A stretch of 36,643 nt of DNA from Betaproteobacteria bacterium (GCA_043760045.1 JAYUPP010000166.1:1-36643), one strand, 5' to 3'; counted from the first letter of the stretch, positions 24,613 to 34,576 are shown. A program made the numbers and translations. Notes: a model not told the origin generated them from the letters alone.

Positions 24613-27600
24613 ATGAACTTTGTCCACCTGCGCACCCACACCGAATTTTCTGTTGTTGACGGCACCCTGCGCATCGACGCCGCCGCGCGCGCAGCGCGTG
24701 CCGACGGCCAGGGAGCGCTGGCCATCAGCGACTTGAACAACCTCTTTGGCACCGTCAAGTTTTATCGCGCCTGCCGCGAGCAGGGCGTGAAGCCGCTGAT
24801 CGCTGTGGACGTGCTGATGGAGCCGCTGGCTGCTGCCACGGCCGGTGCCAGCGGTGGCGGTGGCGACCGCCTGCCCAGCCGACTGCTGCTGCTGGTGCAA
24901 AACCAGCAGGGTTACCTGAACCTGTGTGAACTGCTGGCGCGCGGCTGGGTGCGCAACGCACAGCGTGCGCAGGCCTGGATGAAGTGGGAATGGCTGCCCG
25001 AATTGGGCGGTGGCCTGATTGCACTTTCAGGTGCCGACCTGGGCGCCGTGGGCATGGCGCTGCTGGCCGGCGAACCCGAACGCGCTCAGCTGCTTGCTCA
25101 ACGTCTCGCCGACCTGTTCCCGGGCCGCTTTTATCTGGAACTGCAGCGTGCCGGCCTGCCTGGCAATGAAGCGCATGTGCATGCAGCGGTGGCACTGGCC
25201 GCGCAGATGCGGCTGCCGGTGGTGGCCACGCACCCGGTGCAGTTTCTGGAGCGTGAAGATTTCGAAGCGCACGAGGCGCGGGTGTGTGTGGCCGAAGGTG
25301 AAACGCTGGCCAACCCCAAGCGCAAAAAGAGCTTCTCACGGGAACAGTTTTTCAAGACCCAGGCGCAGATGCAGGCGCTGTTTGCCGATGTGCCTTCAGC
25401 GCTGGCGCATACCGTTGAAATTGCGCGCCGCTGCAACCTGACGTTGGTGCTGGGCAAACCCCAGCTGCCGGACTTCCCCACACCGCTGGAAAACGGTGTG
25501 CGCATGCCCATCGATGACTACTTTCGCAAGGCGTCGCGGGCCGGACTTGAGCAGCGCCTGCTGGCCTTGTACCCCGACGCGACACGGCGCGAACAGGTGC
25601 GCGGCCGCTATGCCGAGCGGCTTGAATTTGAGCTCGACACCATCGTCAAGATGGGTTTCCCGGGTTACTTCCTGATCGTCAGCGACTTCATCGTCTGGGC
25701 GAAGGCCAACGGCTGCCCGGTGGGGCCGGGGCGCGGCTCGGGCGCTGGTTCATTGGTGGCCTATGCGCTGCTCATCACCGACCTGGATCCGCTGCAATAC
25801 AAGCTGCTGTTCGAGCGTTTCCTGAACCCTGAACGGGTGTCGATGCCCGACTTCGACATCGACTTCTGCCAGGGCAACCGCGACCGCGTGATCGAATACG
25901 TCAAAGACAAATACGGTCGCCAGGCTGTCAGTCAAATTGTGACGTTCGGCACCATGGCCAGCAAAGCCGCTTTGCGCGACGTGGGCCGTGTGCTGGGCAT
26001 GGGTTACGGCCATGTGGACAGCGTGGCCAAGCTGGTGCCCGGGCTGCCCGGCAAGACCTACACGCTGGCGCCGGTGCCCAAGCCCCCCGCCGAGCCCGAC
26101 CCGGGCCTCATCTATGTGCGCGCCGAAGTTCCCGAACTGGAACAACGCGAAAAAGCCGAAGAAGAAGTGGCCGAGTTGCTGTCGCTGGCCACGCGCGTGG
26201 AAGGTCTGGTGCGCAACGTGGGCATGCACGCCGGCGGTGTGCTGATAGCGCCGGGCAAGATCACCGACTTCTGCCCGCTGTACCAGCAGCCCGGCAGCGA
26301 CAGCGCGGTGAGCCAGTTTGACAAAGACGATGTGGAGGCCATCGGCCTGGTGAAGTTCGACTTTCTGGGCCTGGCCACGCTGACCATTCTGGAAATGGCC
26401 AAACACATGATTCGCGCCCGCCGCGCGGGCCGGGCTGACTTTGTTTACGAAAACCTGCCGCTGGACGACGCGCGGGTGTACCGCCTTTTCACCGATGGCC
26501 GCACCGAAGCCGTGTTCCAGTTTGAAAGCCGCGGCATGCAAGGCATGTTGCGCGAAGCCAAACCCGGCCGGCTGGAAGACCTGATTGCGCTCAACGCCAT
26601 GTTTCGCCCCGGCCCGATGGAAAACATCCCCAGTTTTTGCGCGCGCAAGAACGGCAAGGAAGACATCGCCTACCCGCACCCGCTGCTGGAGCCGGTGCTG
26701 GCCGAAACCTACGGCATCTTTGTCTACCAGGAACAGGTGATGCAAAGCGCCCAGGTGCTGGGCGGCTACAGCCTGGGCGGCGCCGACCTGTTGCGCCGCG
26801 CCATGGGCAAGAAAAAGGCCGAAGAAATGGCCGAGCAGCGCGGCATCTTTCGCGAAGGCGCCGACCGCCAGGGCATAGGCCCCGAGAAGGCCAACGAGGT
26901 CTTCGACCTGATGGAAAAGTTCGCCGGTTATGGCTTCAACAAAAGCCATGCTGCGGCCTATTCATTGCTGGCTTATCACACGGCCTGGGTGAAGGTGCAC
27001 TGCACGGCCGAGTTTTATGCCGCCAACATGACGATCGAGGCCGACAACACCGACAAGCTGAAGGTGTTGATTGCCGATGCCAAGCTGTTTGGGGTGGCAT
27101 TTGAGCCACCCGACATCAACCGCGGCACCCACCGCTTCGAGCCCATCACCGACAACCTGGTGCGTTACGGCCTGGCGGCTGTGAAGGGCACCGGTCAAAG
27201 CGCAATTGAAGCCATCGTGGCCGCGCGTGAAGGACAGGGGGCTTTTGAAGGCAAAGGCAGCGGCCCTTACCGCAGCCTGTTCGACTTCTGCGCCCGGGTG
27301 GACCGCAAGGCGGTGAACAAACGCGCCATTGAAGCGCTGGTGAAAGCCGGCGCCTTCGACAACGTGCACCCCACAGGCCAGCAAGGCCGTGCCGGGCTGC
27401 TGGCCAGCGTGGGCCTGGCCATGGACTGGGCGGAAATGCAGCAGGCCAACGCGCTGCAGGGGGGCCTGTTTGACACGGGTGACGCCGGTGGCGACAGCCA
27501 CGGCAGCAGCACGCAGGAACCGGCGCTGGTGCATGCGGCCGCGTGGGACGTGCGCGACCGCCTGATGAACGAAAAGGCAGCGCTGGGCTTTTATCTTTCG

Positions 27601-28215
27601 GGCCACTTGTTTGACGCCTGGAAAGACGAGGTGCGCCGCTTTGTTCGCCAGCCCATCGACAGCCTGGGGGACAGTCGTCGAGATTCCAAAGACCCCCAAC
27701 TGCTGGCCGGCATCGTCACCGACCCCCGGGTCGTCAACGGCCAGCGCGGGCGCGTGCTGATCTTCAAGCTCGACGACGGCAGCGACAGTGTGGAGGCGGT
27801 GGCGCCCGACGAAATTTTCGACAGCCAGCGCGAGCTGGCCGCTGAAGACCAGCTTGTCATCGTGCAGGGCAAACTGCAGCCCGACCGCTTCACCGGCGGC
27901 CTGCGTTTGAACGTGACGCAGGTGTGGGGCCTGGCGGCTGCCCGCGCGCGTTTCGGCCGCTATATGGCGGTGACGGTGAATGGCGGCGGCGCGCCGGCGG
28001 TGGCCGATGTGCTGCGCCTGTGGCCGGCCCGGCGCGTGGCCGGCGAGCACGGCGACCTGGTGCAGGGTTTGTCGGTGCGTGTGCAGCTGCAGCGGCCCCA
28101 CGTGACGGCTGAACTGGAGCTGGGCGATACCGCCCGCTTCTGGCCCTGCGACGAAGCGCTGGCACGCTGGCGCAGCATGGCGCACGGCGGCATGGCGGCG
28201 GTGGTGTACGACTGA
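24613..28215 (+). CDS. dnaE: DNA polymerase III alpha subunit
   Basis: PHP domain HLRTHTEFSVVDG, GPGRGSGAGSLVAY, catalytic SMPDFDIDF, KFDFLGL, GYGFNKSHAAAY; 1200 aa. Confidence 0.98.
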   Translation: MNFVHLRTHTEFSVVDGTLRIDAAARAARADGQGALAISDLNNLFGTVKFYRACREQGVKPLIAVDVLMEPLAAATAGASGGGGDRLPSRLLLLVQNQQGYLNLCELLARGWVRNAQRAQAWMKWEWLPELGGGLIALSGADLGAVGMALLAGEPERAQLLAQRLADLFPGRFYLELQRAGLPGNEAHVHAAVALAAQMRLPVVATHPVQFLEREDFEAHEARVCVAEGETLANPKRKKSFSREQFFKTQAQMQALFADVPSALAHTVEIARRCNLTLVLGKPQLPDFPTPLENGVRMPIDDYFRKASRAGLEQRLLALYPDATRREQVRGRYAERLEFELDTIVKMGFPGYFLIVSDFIVWAKANGCPVGPGRGSGAGSLVAYALLITDLDPLQYKLLFERFLNPERVSMPDFDIDFCQGNRDRVIEYVKDKYGRQAVSQIVTFGTMASKAALRDVGRVLGMGYGHVDSVAKLVPGLPGKTYTLAPVPKPPAEPDPGLIYVRAEVPELEQREKAEEEVAELLSLATRVEGLVRNVGMHAGGVLIAPGKITDFCPLYQQPGSDSAVSQFDKDDVEAIGLVKFDFLGLATLTILEMAKHMIRARRAGRADFVYENLPLDDARVYRLFTDGRTEAVFQFESRGMQGMLREAKPGRLEDLIALNAMFRPGPMENIPSFCARKNGKEDIAYPHPLLEPVLAETYGIFVYQEQVMQSAQVLGGYSLGGADLLRRAMGKKKAEEMAEQRGIFREGADRQGIGPEKANEVFDLMEKFAGYGFNKSHAAAYSLLAYHTAWVKVHCTAEFYAANMTIEADNTDKLKVLIADAKLFGVAFEPPDINRGTHRFEPITDNLVRYGLAAVKGTGQSAIEAIVAAREGQGAFEGKGSGPYRSLFDFCARVDRKAVNKRAIEALVKAGAFDNVHPTGQQGRAGLLASVGLAMDWAEMQQANALQGGLFDTGDAGGDSHGSSTQEPALVHAAAWDVRDRLMNEKAALGFYLSGHLFDAWKDEVRRFVRQPIDSLGDSRRDSKDPQLLAGIVTDPRVVNGQRGRVLIFKLDDGSDSVEAVAPDEIFDSQRELAAEDQLVIVQGKLQPDRFTGGLRLNVTQVWGLAAARARFGRYMAVTVNGGGAPAVADVLRLWPARRVAGEHGDLVQGLSVRVQLQRPHVTAELELGDTARFWPCDEALARWRSMAHGGMAAVVYD

Positions 28216-28233
28216 AAACCCGCAGGTGCAATC

Positions 28234-29571
28234 TTGTTGAACCCTGCGACCGCGCCTCCGTTTGCACCCCTGTTAACTCCCCAGTTAGCGCCTCAGGTAG
28301 CGCCCCAGTTGGCGCCTCAGTACGACGAGCCGCGCACGGCGCTGGTGCTCAGCGGCGGCGGCGCCCGCGCGGCCTATCAGGTGGGGGTGCTGCGCGCGCT
28401 GACGCACATGCGGCGGCAATCGGTGGGGCCGATTGCGCGGCAGCGCAACCCATTTGCGGTGATCTGCGGCACGTCGGCTGGTGCCATCAACGCCATGGCG
28501 CTGGCCTGCCAGGCCGACCGTTTTGATGCGGCGGTGGAAGTCATCAGCAAGGTGTGGCAGAACTTCAGCGCCGACCAGGTCTACCGCGCCGATTCACTGG
28601 GCGTCATTCGATCCGGCGCCCGCTGGCTGACGATGTTTTCCGTCGGCTGGGTGATCGCCCGTTTTCGCCTGGCGCGGCCCCGGTCCTTGCTGGACAACGA
28701 ACCGCTGGCTGAACTGCTGCAGCGCCTGGTGCCGCTGGAACGGTTGCCCGCGATGTTGCAGCAGCAACACCTGCATTCGGTGGCCGTCACGGCTTCCAGT
28801 TATTCCAGCGGCGAACACCACACCTTCTACGACGCGGCGCATCCCATCGCGCCCTGGTTGCGCTCGCAGCGCGTGGCGGTGCAGGGCCCCATCACGCATG
28901 CGCACCTGCTGGCTTCATCGGCCATACCTTTTGTTTTTCCGGCCACCTCGCTCACGGTGCGCGGCGCGCAGGGCTGGTTTGGTGACGGCTCGATGCGCCA
29001 GACCGCACCGCTGTCACCCGCCGTGCACCTGGGTGCACAGCGCCTGTTCATCATCGGCGCCGGCCGCATGCATGAACCGGCCGGCCGCGCGGTGGCCGAG
29101 CCGGGTTACCCCAGCCTGGCCCAGATTGCCGGCCATGCCATGTCCAGCATCTTTCTGGACGCGCTGGCGGTGGACATTGAACGCATGCGCCGCATCAACC
29201 GCACACTGGCGCTGTTGCCCGAAAAAGCGCTCGCCGACAGCGAGCTGCGGCCCCTTGAGGCACTGGTGATTTCACCCACTCAGCGCCTGGACGACGTGGC
29301 CGCGCGCCACATCGCGGCGTTGCCCACGCCCGTGCGTGCGCTGCTGCGTGGCGTGGGCGTGGGGCCCGGTGGTGACGGTGAGCGGGCGCGTGGTGCAGCA
29401 TTGGCCAGCTACCTGCTGTTTGAAGCGCCCTACACACAAGAGTTGATGGCACTCGGCTGGGCCGATACGGTGGCGCGGCGCGACGAGGTGATGCGCTTTT
29501 TTGGCTGGGACACGCTGATGCCCGAACACCGTCGCGTGTCGGCCGACGAACCCGATCTGATGTTGCCTTGA
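28234..29571 (+). CDS. Patatin-like phospholipase
   Basis: LSGGGARAAYQVGV, GTSAG, ASSAIPFVFP, DGS. Start uncertain; N-terminus carries 12-bp repeats (APLL TPQL APQV APQL APQY). Confidence 0.92.
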   Translation: MLNPATAPPFAPLLTPQLAPQVAPQLAPQYDEPRTALVLSGGGARAAYQVGVLRALTHMRRQSVGPIARQRNPFAVICGTSAGAINAMALACQADRFDAAVEVISKVWQNFSADQVYRADSLGVIRSGARWLTMFSVGWVIARFRLARPRSLLDNEPLAELLQRLVPLERLPAMLQQQHLHSVAVTASSYSSGEHHTFYDAAHPIAPWLRSQRVAVQGPITHAHLLASSAIPFVFPATSLTVRGAQGWFGDGSMRQTAPLSPAVHLGAQRLFIIGAGRMHEPAGRAVAEPGYPSLAQIAGHAMSSIFLDALAVDIERMRRINRTLALLPEKALADSELRPLEALVISPTQRLDDVAARHIAALPTPVRALLRGVGVGPGGDGERARGAALASYLLFEAPYTQELMALGWADTVARRDEVMRFFGWDTLMPEHRRVSADEPDLMLP

Positions 29572-29583
29572 TCGGGCGCGCCT

Positions 29584-30024
29584 TCAGGCGGCAGGCTTGA
29601 GGTCAGCTTTGCCGTTGGTCTTGCCCTTGGTCTTGTTGTCGGCCTTTGATGTGCGCTGCCGCTCGGCGCCAACTGCGGGCTGGGTCGGTGCAGCCGCAGT
29701 CTTCGCTTGAGCGCCTGCGGGCTTGACTTTCGCGCCCGCCGGCTGGTGTGCATAAGCCGCACCCGCAACCGTCAGCCCGGCTTGCGAAAAGCGCGCTGCG
29801 TTGCCCGGCCCCACGCCGGCCACGCGGTCCACCAAGTCGGCCCAGTCTTTGAACGTGGCAGTCTGGCGTGCTTGCACCATTTTGCCGGCCAGCCCCGGGC
29901 CTATGCCCTTGACCGCCTGCAGTTCAGCCGGGCTGGCCAGGTTGACATCGGTGGCGGCCAGCGCGGGCCCGGCAAAGGCCGCGGCGCAAAACAAAGTGGC
30001 TTGAATGATGAATCGGCGGATCAT
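29584..30024 (-). CDS. ComEA-like helix-hairpin-helix DNA-binding protein
   Basis: RBS AGGAGAG, signal peptide, DVNLASPAELQAVKGIGP, FKDWADLVDRVAGVGP, Lys/Ala-rich tail. Confidence 0.88.
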   Translation of the reverse strand: MIRRFIIQATLFCAAAFAGPALAATDVNLASPAELQAVKGIGPGLAGKMVQARQTATFKDWADLVDRVAGVGPGNAARFSQAGLTVAGAAYAHQPAGAKVKPAGAQAKTAAAPTQPAVGAERQRTSKADNKTKGKTNGKADLKPAA

Positions 30025-30220
30025 GTTTGCTCTCCTTGAACAGGTTGACGAGGGGTTCAGCCTCGCGCCGCAAGGGCCTGAAGGTGGCCAACTGGCGTCA
30101 CGGGCTGGGTGGCATTTTTTGCCCACGGCCCCTGCCTGTCTGTCACCACGAGAGGGGCCGCGAAGGGGCGTCAGCATGGGGGCTTGTCGGGGCCCCCATC
30201 GGACGGCCCGCCAAGGGGTG

Positions 30221-31231
30221 TCAACGCTGCGGCGTAAGCCGCAGCAGGCGCTGCGCCAGCATCAACGCTTCTTCAGCGCTGGGCCAGTCGGCTTGATCTT
30301 TACGGTTGGGGCGCTGCAGCACATGAACGTTAGGCCCCCAGGGTGCCCAACGCGCGGCGTTGGTGGGGCCGGGCAGGCTGATCAGCGGCCGGCCCAGCGC
30401 AGCCGCCATGTGGCCGGGGCCGGTGTCATTGGCCACCACCAGTGCCGCGCGTTGCAGCAGCGCGGCGTAGATCGCCATGCCACTGCCAGGCACCAGCCGG
30501 GCAGCGGGGTACAACTGGCGCGCGGCGTCGTCTTCACCGGGGCCGGGGCACACCACCAATGGCAAGCCCAGACGCTGCTGGCCCTGGCGCACGAAGTCTG
30601 TGAAGCCCGGCCAGCGTTTGTCGGCCTTGCTGGCGGTGGCTGCGCGGCCACCAGCAAAGGGGCAGATCATCACAAAGTGGCCACCGATGTTTTGCGCGGC
30701 CAGCAGCGCGGCCGCGTCAACAACGTCGGTTGCGCGCACCGGCAGATCGATGTGGCTGGGCACCGGCAATTGCTGGCCGATGAAGCGGCAGGCGATGTCC
30801 CAATAACGTTCCAGTTCATGGCCCGTTTGCGCCCAAGGCTCGGCACGCGCCAACAGCAACGAGCGACCTTCCTTGGCCACACCCACGGTTCGCAGCCCGG
30901 CGAGTTTCATTTCCAGCGCACTGGAAAATGACACCGGCAGCAAGAAGGCGTTTTCGCGGCGCTTGAAGCCCGGGTCCAGCGCCTGGCACTGCCGGCCCAG
31001 GTGGCGCAGCTGCGCCACCCTCGGGCGCAGGCCCGCAGGCTGCACATGCACGGGCCAGCCGGTGCCGGCCAGCAATGCCGGCGCCCACTTGCCACGGGCA
31101 ACGATGTGCAGTTGATGGCCCTGCGCCTGCAGCAGCTGCAGCGCCGGCAGGCCCAGCACCACGTCACCCACCCAATTGCGGATGCGCACCACCAGCGGTC
31201 GCGCAGCGCCTGACGGTGGCGTGGTTTTCAC
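30221..31231 (-). CDS. Glycosyltransferase family 9 (WaaF-like heptosyltransferase)
   Basis: VVRIRNWVGDVVLGLPAL, KRWP.F, LVVANDTGPGHMAAALGRPLISLPGPT...RWAP. Start GTG 31231 is estimated. Confidence 0.88.
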   Translation of the reverse strand: MKTTPPSGAARPLVVRIRNWVGDVVLGLPALQLLQAQGHQLHIVARGKWAPALLAGTGWPVHVQPAGLRPRVAQLRHLGRQCQALDPGFKRRENAFLLPVSFSSALEMKLAGLRTVGVAKEGRSLLLARAEPWAQTGHELERYWDIACRFIGQQLPVPSHIDLPVRATDVVDAAALLAAQNIGGHFVMICPFAGGRAATASKADKRWPGFTDFVRQGQQRLGLPLVVCPGPGEDDAARQLYPAARLVPGSGMAIYAALLQRAALVVANDTGPGHMAAALGRPLISLPGPTNAARWAPWGPNVHVLQRPNRKDQADWPSAEEALMLAQRLLRLTPQR

Positions 31232-31349
31232 CGCTTCAGCCGGTGAGGCGCCGTGCTGCAAGCGTGGGTGGGCATCGATTCGGGGCGCAAGGGAACTGGC
31301 GAATAATCTGCAGATTCTGCCAGCCACCCTGCGCCGCTTTTTTTCAACA

Positions 31350-32132
31350 ATGAACCAGCCATTTGCCAGCCTGCCAGACTCCCTTGTCGTGCCCCATCGG
31401 GTGCCCCTTTCCGCCGCCGACATCCAGCAGCTGCATGACACGCTGCTGAACGCCCCGGGTTGGCCGCAGCAGCAACCAGCGGCCGCACCTGCAGAGCTGC
31501 TGCAGTGGCTGCAGCGCAACCACCGCTGCAACAGCCTGCTGTGGGCCGAAGAAGACCTGGCGCGGCGCACCACGGTGGCCGACGCCGAGATTGCAGCCAA
31601 CAAACGTGCCATCGACGGCCACAACCAGGCGCGCAACGACGCCACCGAACGCATCGACGAAATCTTGCTGCTGGCGCTGGGCCTGGTGGACCCCGAATCG
31701 GCGCGCAGCGACACGCCGTCGTCGCGCGCGTCAGTCACGGCGCGCTTGAACAGCGAAACCGCAGGCAGCATGATCGACCGCCTGTCGATCCTGGCGCTCA
31801 AAGTGCACGCCATGCGTTTGCAAACGCTGCGCAGCGATGTGGACGAGCCGCACCGCCGCAGCAGTGCCACCAAACTGGCGCGTTTGCTGCAGCAGCGTGA
31901 AGACCTGGGCGGTTGCCTGGACGCGCTGCTGGCCGATGCGGCCACCGGCAAGGCGCTGTTCAAGATTTACCGCCAGTTCAAGATGTACAACGACGCGGCG
32001 CTGAACCCTGAACTTGTGAAGGAAAAGCTGCGCCTGGACACCGGCGCGGCGACGAGCCCGCCGTTGCAGTCCAGCGCGGCGACGAGCCCGCCGTTGCAGT
32101 CCAGCGCGGCGGCGAGCCCGCCGGCGCGCTGA
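31350..32132 (+). CDS. DUF4254-like helical protein
   Basis: NSLLWAEEDLARR, KRAIDGHNQARNDATERIDE, NSETAGSMIDRLSILALKVHAM, FKIYRQFKMYNDAALNP. Confidence 0.85.
   Translation: MNQPFASLPDSLVVPHRVPLSAADIQQLHDTLLNAPGWPQQQPAAAPAELLQWLQRNHRCNSLLWAEEDLARRTTVADAEIAANKRAIDGHNQARNDATERIDEILLLALGLVDPESARSDTPSSRASVTARLNSETAGSMIDRLSILALKVHAMRLQTLRSDVDEPHRRSSATKLARLLQQREDLGGCLDALLADAATGKALFKIYRQFKMYNDAALNPELVKEKLRLDTGAATSPPLQSSAATSPPLQSSAAASPPAR
32044..32123 (+). repeat. 30-bp tandem repeat (about 2.7 copies) in the DUF4254 3' end
   Basis: gcgcggcgacgagcccgccgttgcagtcca x2 plus a partial copy, encoding AATSPPLQSS. Confidence 0.92.
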
Positions 32133-32139
32133 AAACCCG

Positions 32140-33153
32140 ATGCGCCTGCTCATCGTCAAAACGTCTTCGATGGGCGACGTGGTGCACGCCGCACCGGTGG
32201 TGGCCGACGTGCTGCGGGCGCACCCTGCGGCGCGCATCGACTGGCTGGTAGAGCCCCGTTTTGCGGCCCTGCCGCGTTTGCACCCGGGTGTGCACCGGGT
32301 GCTGGAATTGCCCTGGCGGCGCTGGCGCTCGCAGCTGTGGAAAGGCAGCACCTGGCAGGCCATGAAAGCGCTGCGGCAGCAGTTGCAGACCGAGCGCTAC
32401 GACCACGTGCTGGACCTGCAGGGCCTGCTGAAAAGTGCGGTCTGGGCCCGCCAGGCGGGTGCACCGGTGGCCGGTTATGACCGTGCCAGCCTTCGTGAGC
32501 CGCTGGCCGCTTTGTTGTACGACCGCACCGCTGCGGTGCCGCGCAACCTGCAAGCGGTGCAGCGCAACCGCCGCCTGGCCGCAGCGCACCTGGGCTACAC
32601 ACTGCCGGGGCAGGGCGCTGAAGGTGGCGGGCAGGCCACTGCAAGTGGCGGCGCCGCGCCCGGTTCGGCGCCCGACTTCGGGCTGCGCGCCCCGGCGCCA
32701 GGCTGGGTGCCGAAAAGCCGCTATGCGGTGCTGATACCGAATGCCAGCCGGGCCGAAAAACTGTGGCCCGAACGGCATTGGGTAGCGGTGGGCCGGCGCC
32801 TGCTGGAACAGGGCTGGATGCCGGTGGTGCTGTGGGGCAGCGACGCCGAACAAACGCTGGCCGAGCGCATCGCCGCCGGCTGCGAAGGCGACGTGCCGCC
32901 TTTTCTGAAGGTGGGCGAGATGGCCGCGGTGCTGGCTGGCGCGCAGCAGGTGGTGGGCCTGGACACCGGTTTCACGCACCTGGCTGCGGCGCTCGGCCGG
33001 CCCACGCTGGGTGTTTACTGTGATCACGACCCCGGTCTGGCCGGCATCACCGGGCCGGGCGCGGTGGCCAGCATCGGCGGCAAAGGCCAGGTGCCCACGC
33101 GCGAGGCGGTGCTGGACTTGCTGGCGCTGCAGTTGAAGTCGCTGGGGCAGTGA
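32140..33153 (+). CDS. waaC: Lipopolysaccharide heptosyltransferase I
   Basis: MRLLIVKTSSMGDVVH, IDWLVE..FA, YDHVLDLQGLLKSA, KLWPERHW, VGLDTGFTHLAAALGRPT. Confidence 0.93.
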   Translation: MRLLIVKTSSMGDVVHAAPVVADVLRAHPAARIDWLVEPRFAALPRLHPGVHRVLELPWRRWRSQLWKGSTWQAMKALRQQLQTERYDHVLDLQGLLKSAVWARQAGAPVAGYDRASLREPLAALLYDRTAAVPRNLQAVQRNRRLAAAHLGYTLPGQGAEGGGQATASGGAAPGSAPDFGLRAPAPGWVPKSRYAVLIPNASRAEKLWPERHWVAVGRRLLEQGWMPVVLWGSDAEQTLAERIAAGCEGDVPPFLKVGEMAAVLAGAQQVVGLDTGFTHLAAALGRPTLGVYCDHDPGLAGITGPGAVASIGGKGQVPTREAVLDLLALQLKSLGQ

Positions 33154-33169
33154 AACGCTGTTTTGGGCG

Positions 33170-34549
33170 TTACTGCGCGTCCAGCCGCTGCGCCGGGTAA
33201 CTGTCCCAGCTCAAACAACCCGGGCATTGCCAGAAATAGCGTTGCGCCTCAAACCCACAGGCGGCGCAGCGGTAGCGCTGCAGCGGTTGCGCCGCGCGCG
33301 TGACGGCGTTGCGCAAAGCCGCCCAGGCCTCGTCAGTCCACTCCGCCGGGGACATTTCCAGCAGCAGCTGCGCCGCCGACAGTGATGGGTGCTGCTGCAG
33401 ATGCTGCAGCAAGGGTTGCAAACGGTCGCTGGCACCCACGCCAACCGAAAGGCCTGCTGCGGACGTGCCGGGCGCCTGTGGGCCCGCAGCGCTGCGCAGG
33501 TGCTCGATGGCACGCAAGAGTTCGACCGACGGATAAGCCGCCAGGGCCGCCGACAACACCGTTTGTGCGTGCGCCAGCGTTGCCGGCTGCGCGCACTGCA
33601 CCGCTGAAAGGGCGTAGTCGGCCGCCACCAGCACAAAAGCCGCCGGGTGCTGCTGGCGCAGCAGGTCCCAGGCCTGCAGCGCCTGCAGATGCTGGCCCGC
33701 GCGGCGCAGCCGCTGGCCGGCCAGGATGGCGGGCCGCACCGTGCCGGGCTGCGCCCGGTCCGCAGCCTGCTGCGCCCGTTGCAGCGCGGCCAGCGCCTGC
33801 TCGCTGTCACCGGCGGCGTCGAAGGCTTCGGCCATTTCGCATTCGTAATGCGCGATGCGGGCTGAAAAGGTGTTGATGGGGGTTGCTCGGCTGTCGGCTG
33901 CCAGTCCCGCAGCAGAACCTGTTGCAGCACCTGTTGCTGTGTTTTTTGCCGAGCTGGTGGCCGCGCTGGTTGCAGACTCCGCTGCGGTTCCCGCAGGCGT
34001 CGCGTCATGCAAAGCGCCGGCCGTTTTCAGATCAAACAGCGCGCTGAGCCGCCGCGCCACCGCTGCGGCCTGCGGCCACTCGCGTGAACGTTCATACAGC
34101 GACAACAGCGCCAGTTGTGCATCGTGGTCGTAGGCGGTGTCTTTCAAGGCCAGCCAGGCTGCTTCTGCACGGTCAAACAGGCCGGCTTTCATGAAGTCTT
34201 GCGCCAGCGCCAGCTGCGCCCGGTGGCGATCGGCGGCTTTCAGGTCGCCACGCGACAGCAGGTGTTCATGCACGCGCACCGCGCGTTCAAATTCGCCACG
34301 GCGCCGGAAAAGGTTGCCCAAAGCAAAGTGCAGTTCAGCGGTTTCGGGGTCGTTCTGCACCGCCTGGATGAAGGCGTCCACTGCCTGGTCTTGCTGCTCG
34401 TTCAGCAGCAGGTTCAGCCCCTTGAAATAGGCGCGTGGCGAGTCTTCGTGCTCTTGCCGCAACTGGCGCAAGTCAAAGCGCGATGCCAGCCAGCCCAGCG
34501 AAAAAGCCAGCGGCAGGCCCAGCAGCAGCCACTGCAGATCAAAGTCCAT
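33170..34549 (-). CDS. lapB: LPS assembly protein B
   Basis: N-terminal TM, YFKGLNLLLNEQQDQAVDAF, HFALGNLFRRRGEFERAVRVH, TPR repeats, C-terminal rubredoxin CAAC...WQCPGC. Confidence 0.95.
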   Translation of the reverse strand: MDFDLQWLLLGLPLAFSLGWLASRFDLRQLRQEHEDSPRAYFKGLNLLLNEQQDQAVDAFIQAVQNDPETAELHFALGNLFRRRGEFERAVRVHEHLLSRGDLKAADRHRAQLALAQDFMKAGLFDRAEAAWLALKDTAYDHDAQLALLSLYERSREWPQAAAVARRLSALFDLKTAGALHDATPAGTAAESATSAATSSAKNTATGAATGSAAGLAADSRATPINTFSARIAHYECEMAEAFDAAGDSEQALAALQRAQQAADRAQPGTVRPAILAGQRLRRAGQHLQALQAWDLLRQQHPAAFVLVAADYALSAVQCAQPATLAHAQTVLSAALAAYPSVELLRAIEHLRSAAGPQAPGTSAAGLSVGVGASDRLQPLLQHLQQHPSLSAAQLLLEMSPAEWTDEAWAALRNAVTRAAQPLQRYRCAACGFEAQRYFWQCPGCLSWDSYPAQRLDAQ

Positions 34550-34576
34550 GGGGTGACGGGTGCCGGGCTAACAGGC

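Noticed and set aside
19046-28185. Long antisense ORFs opposite the RND permease and dnaE (e.g. 19046-20755, 25750-26949, 26962-28185)
   Set aside because: Shadow frames typical of high-GC coding DNA; no recognisable motifs.
30025-30220. Riboswitch or ncRNA in the structured region upstream of the comEA-like gene
   Set aside because: Hairpins are present (e.g. atgggggc...gcccccat) but I could not match a known aptamer consensus; an Rfam scan would be needed.
22385-32123. CRISPR array from the 14-bp and 30-bp repeats
   Set aside because: The repeats are directly tandem with no unique spacers, and there are no cas genes.
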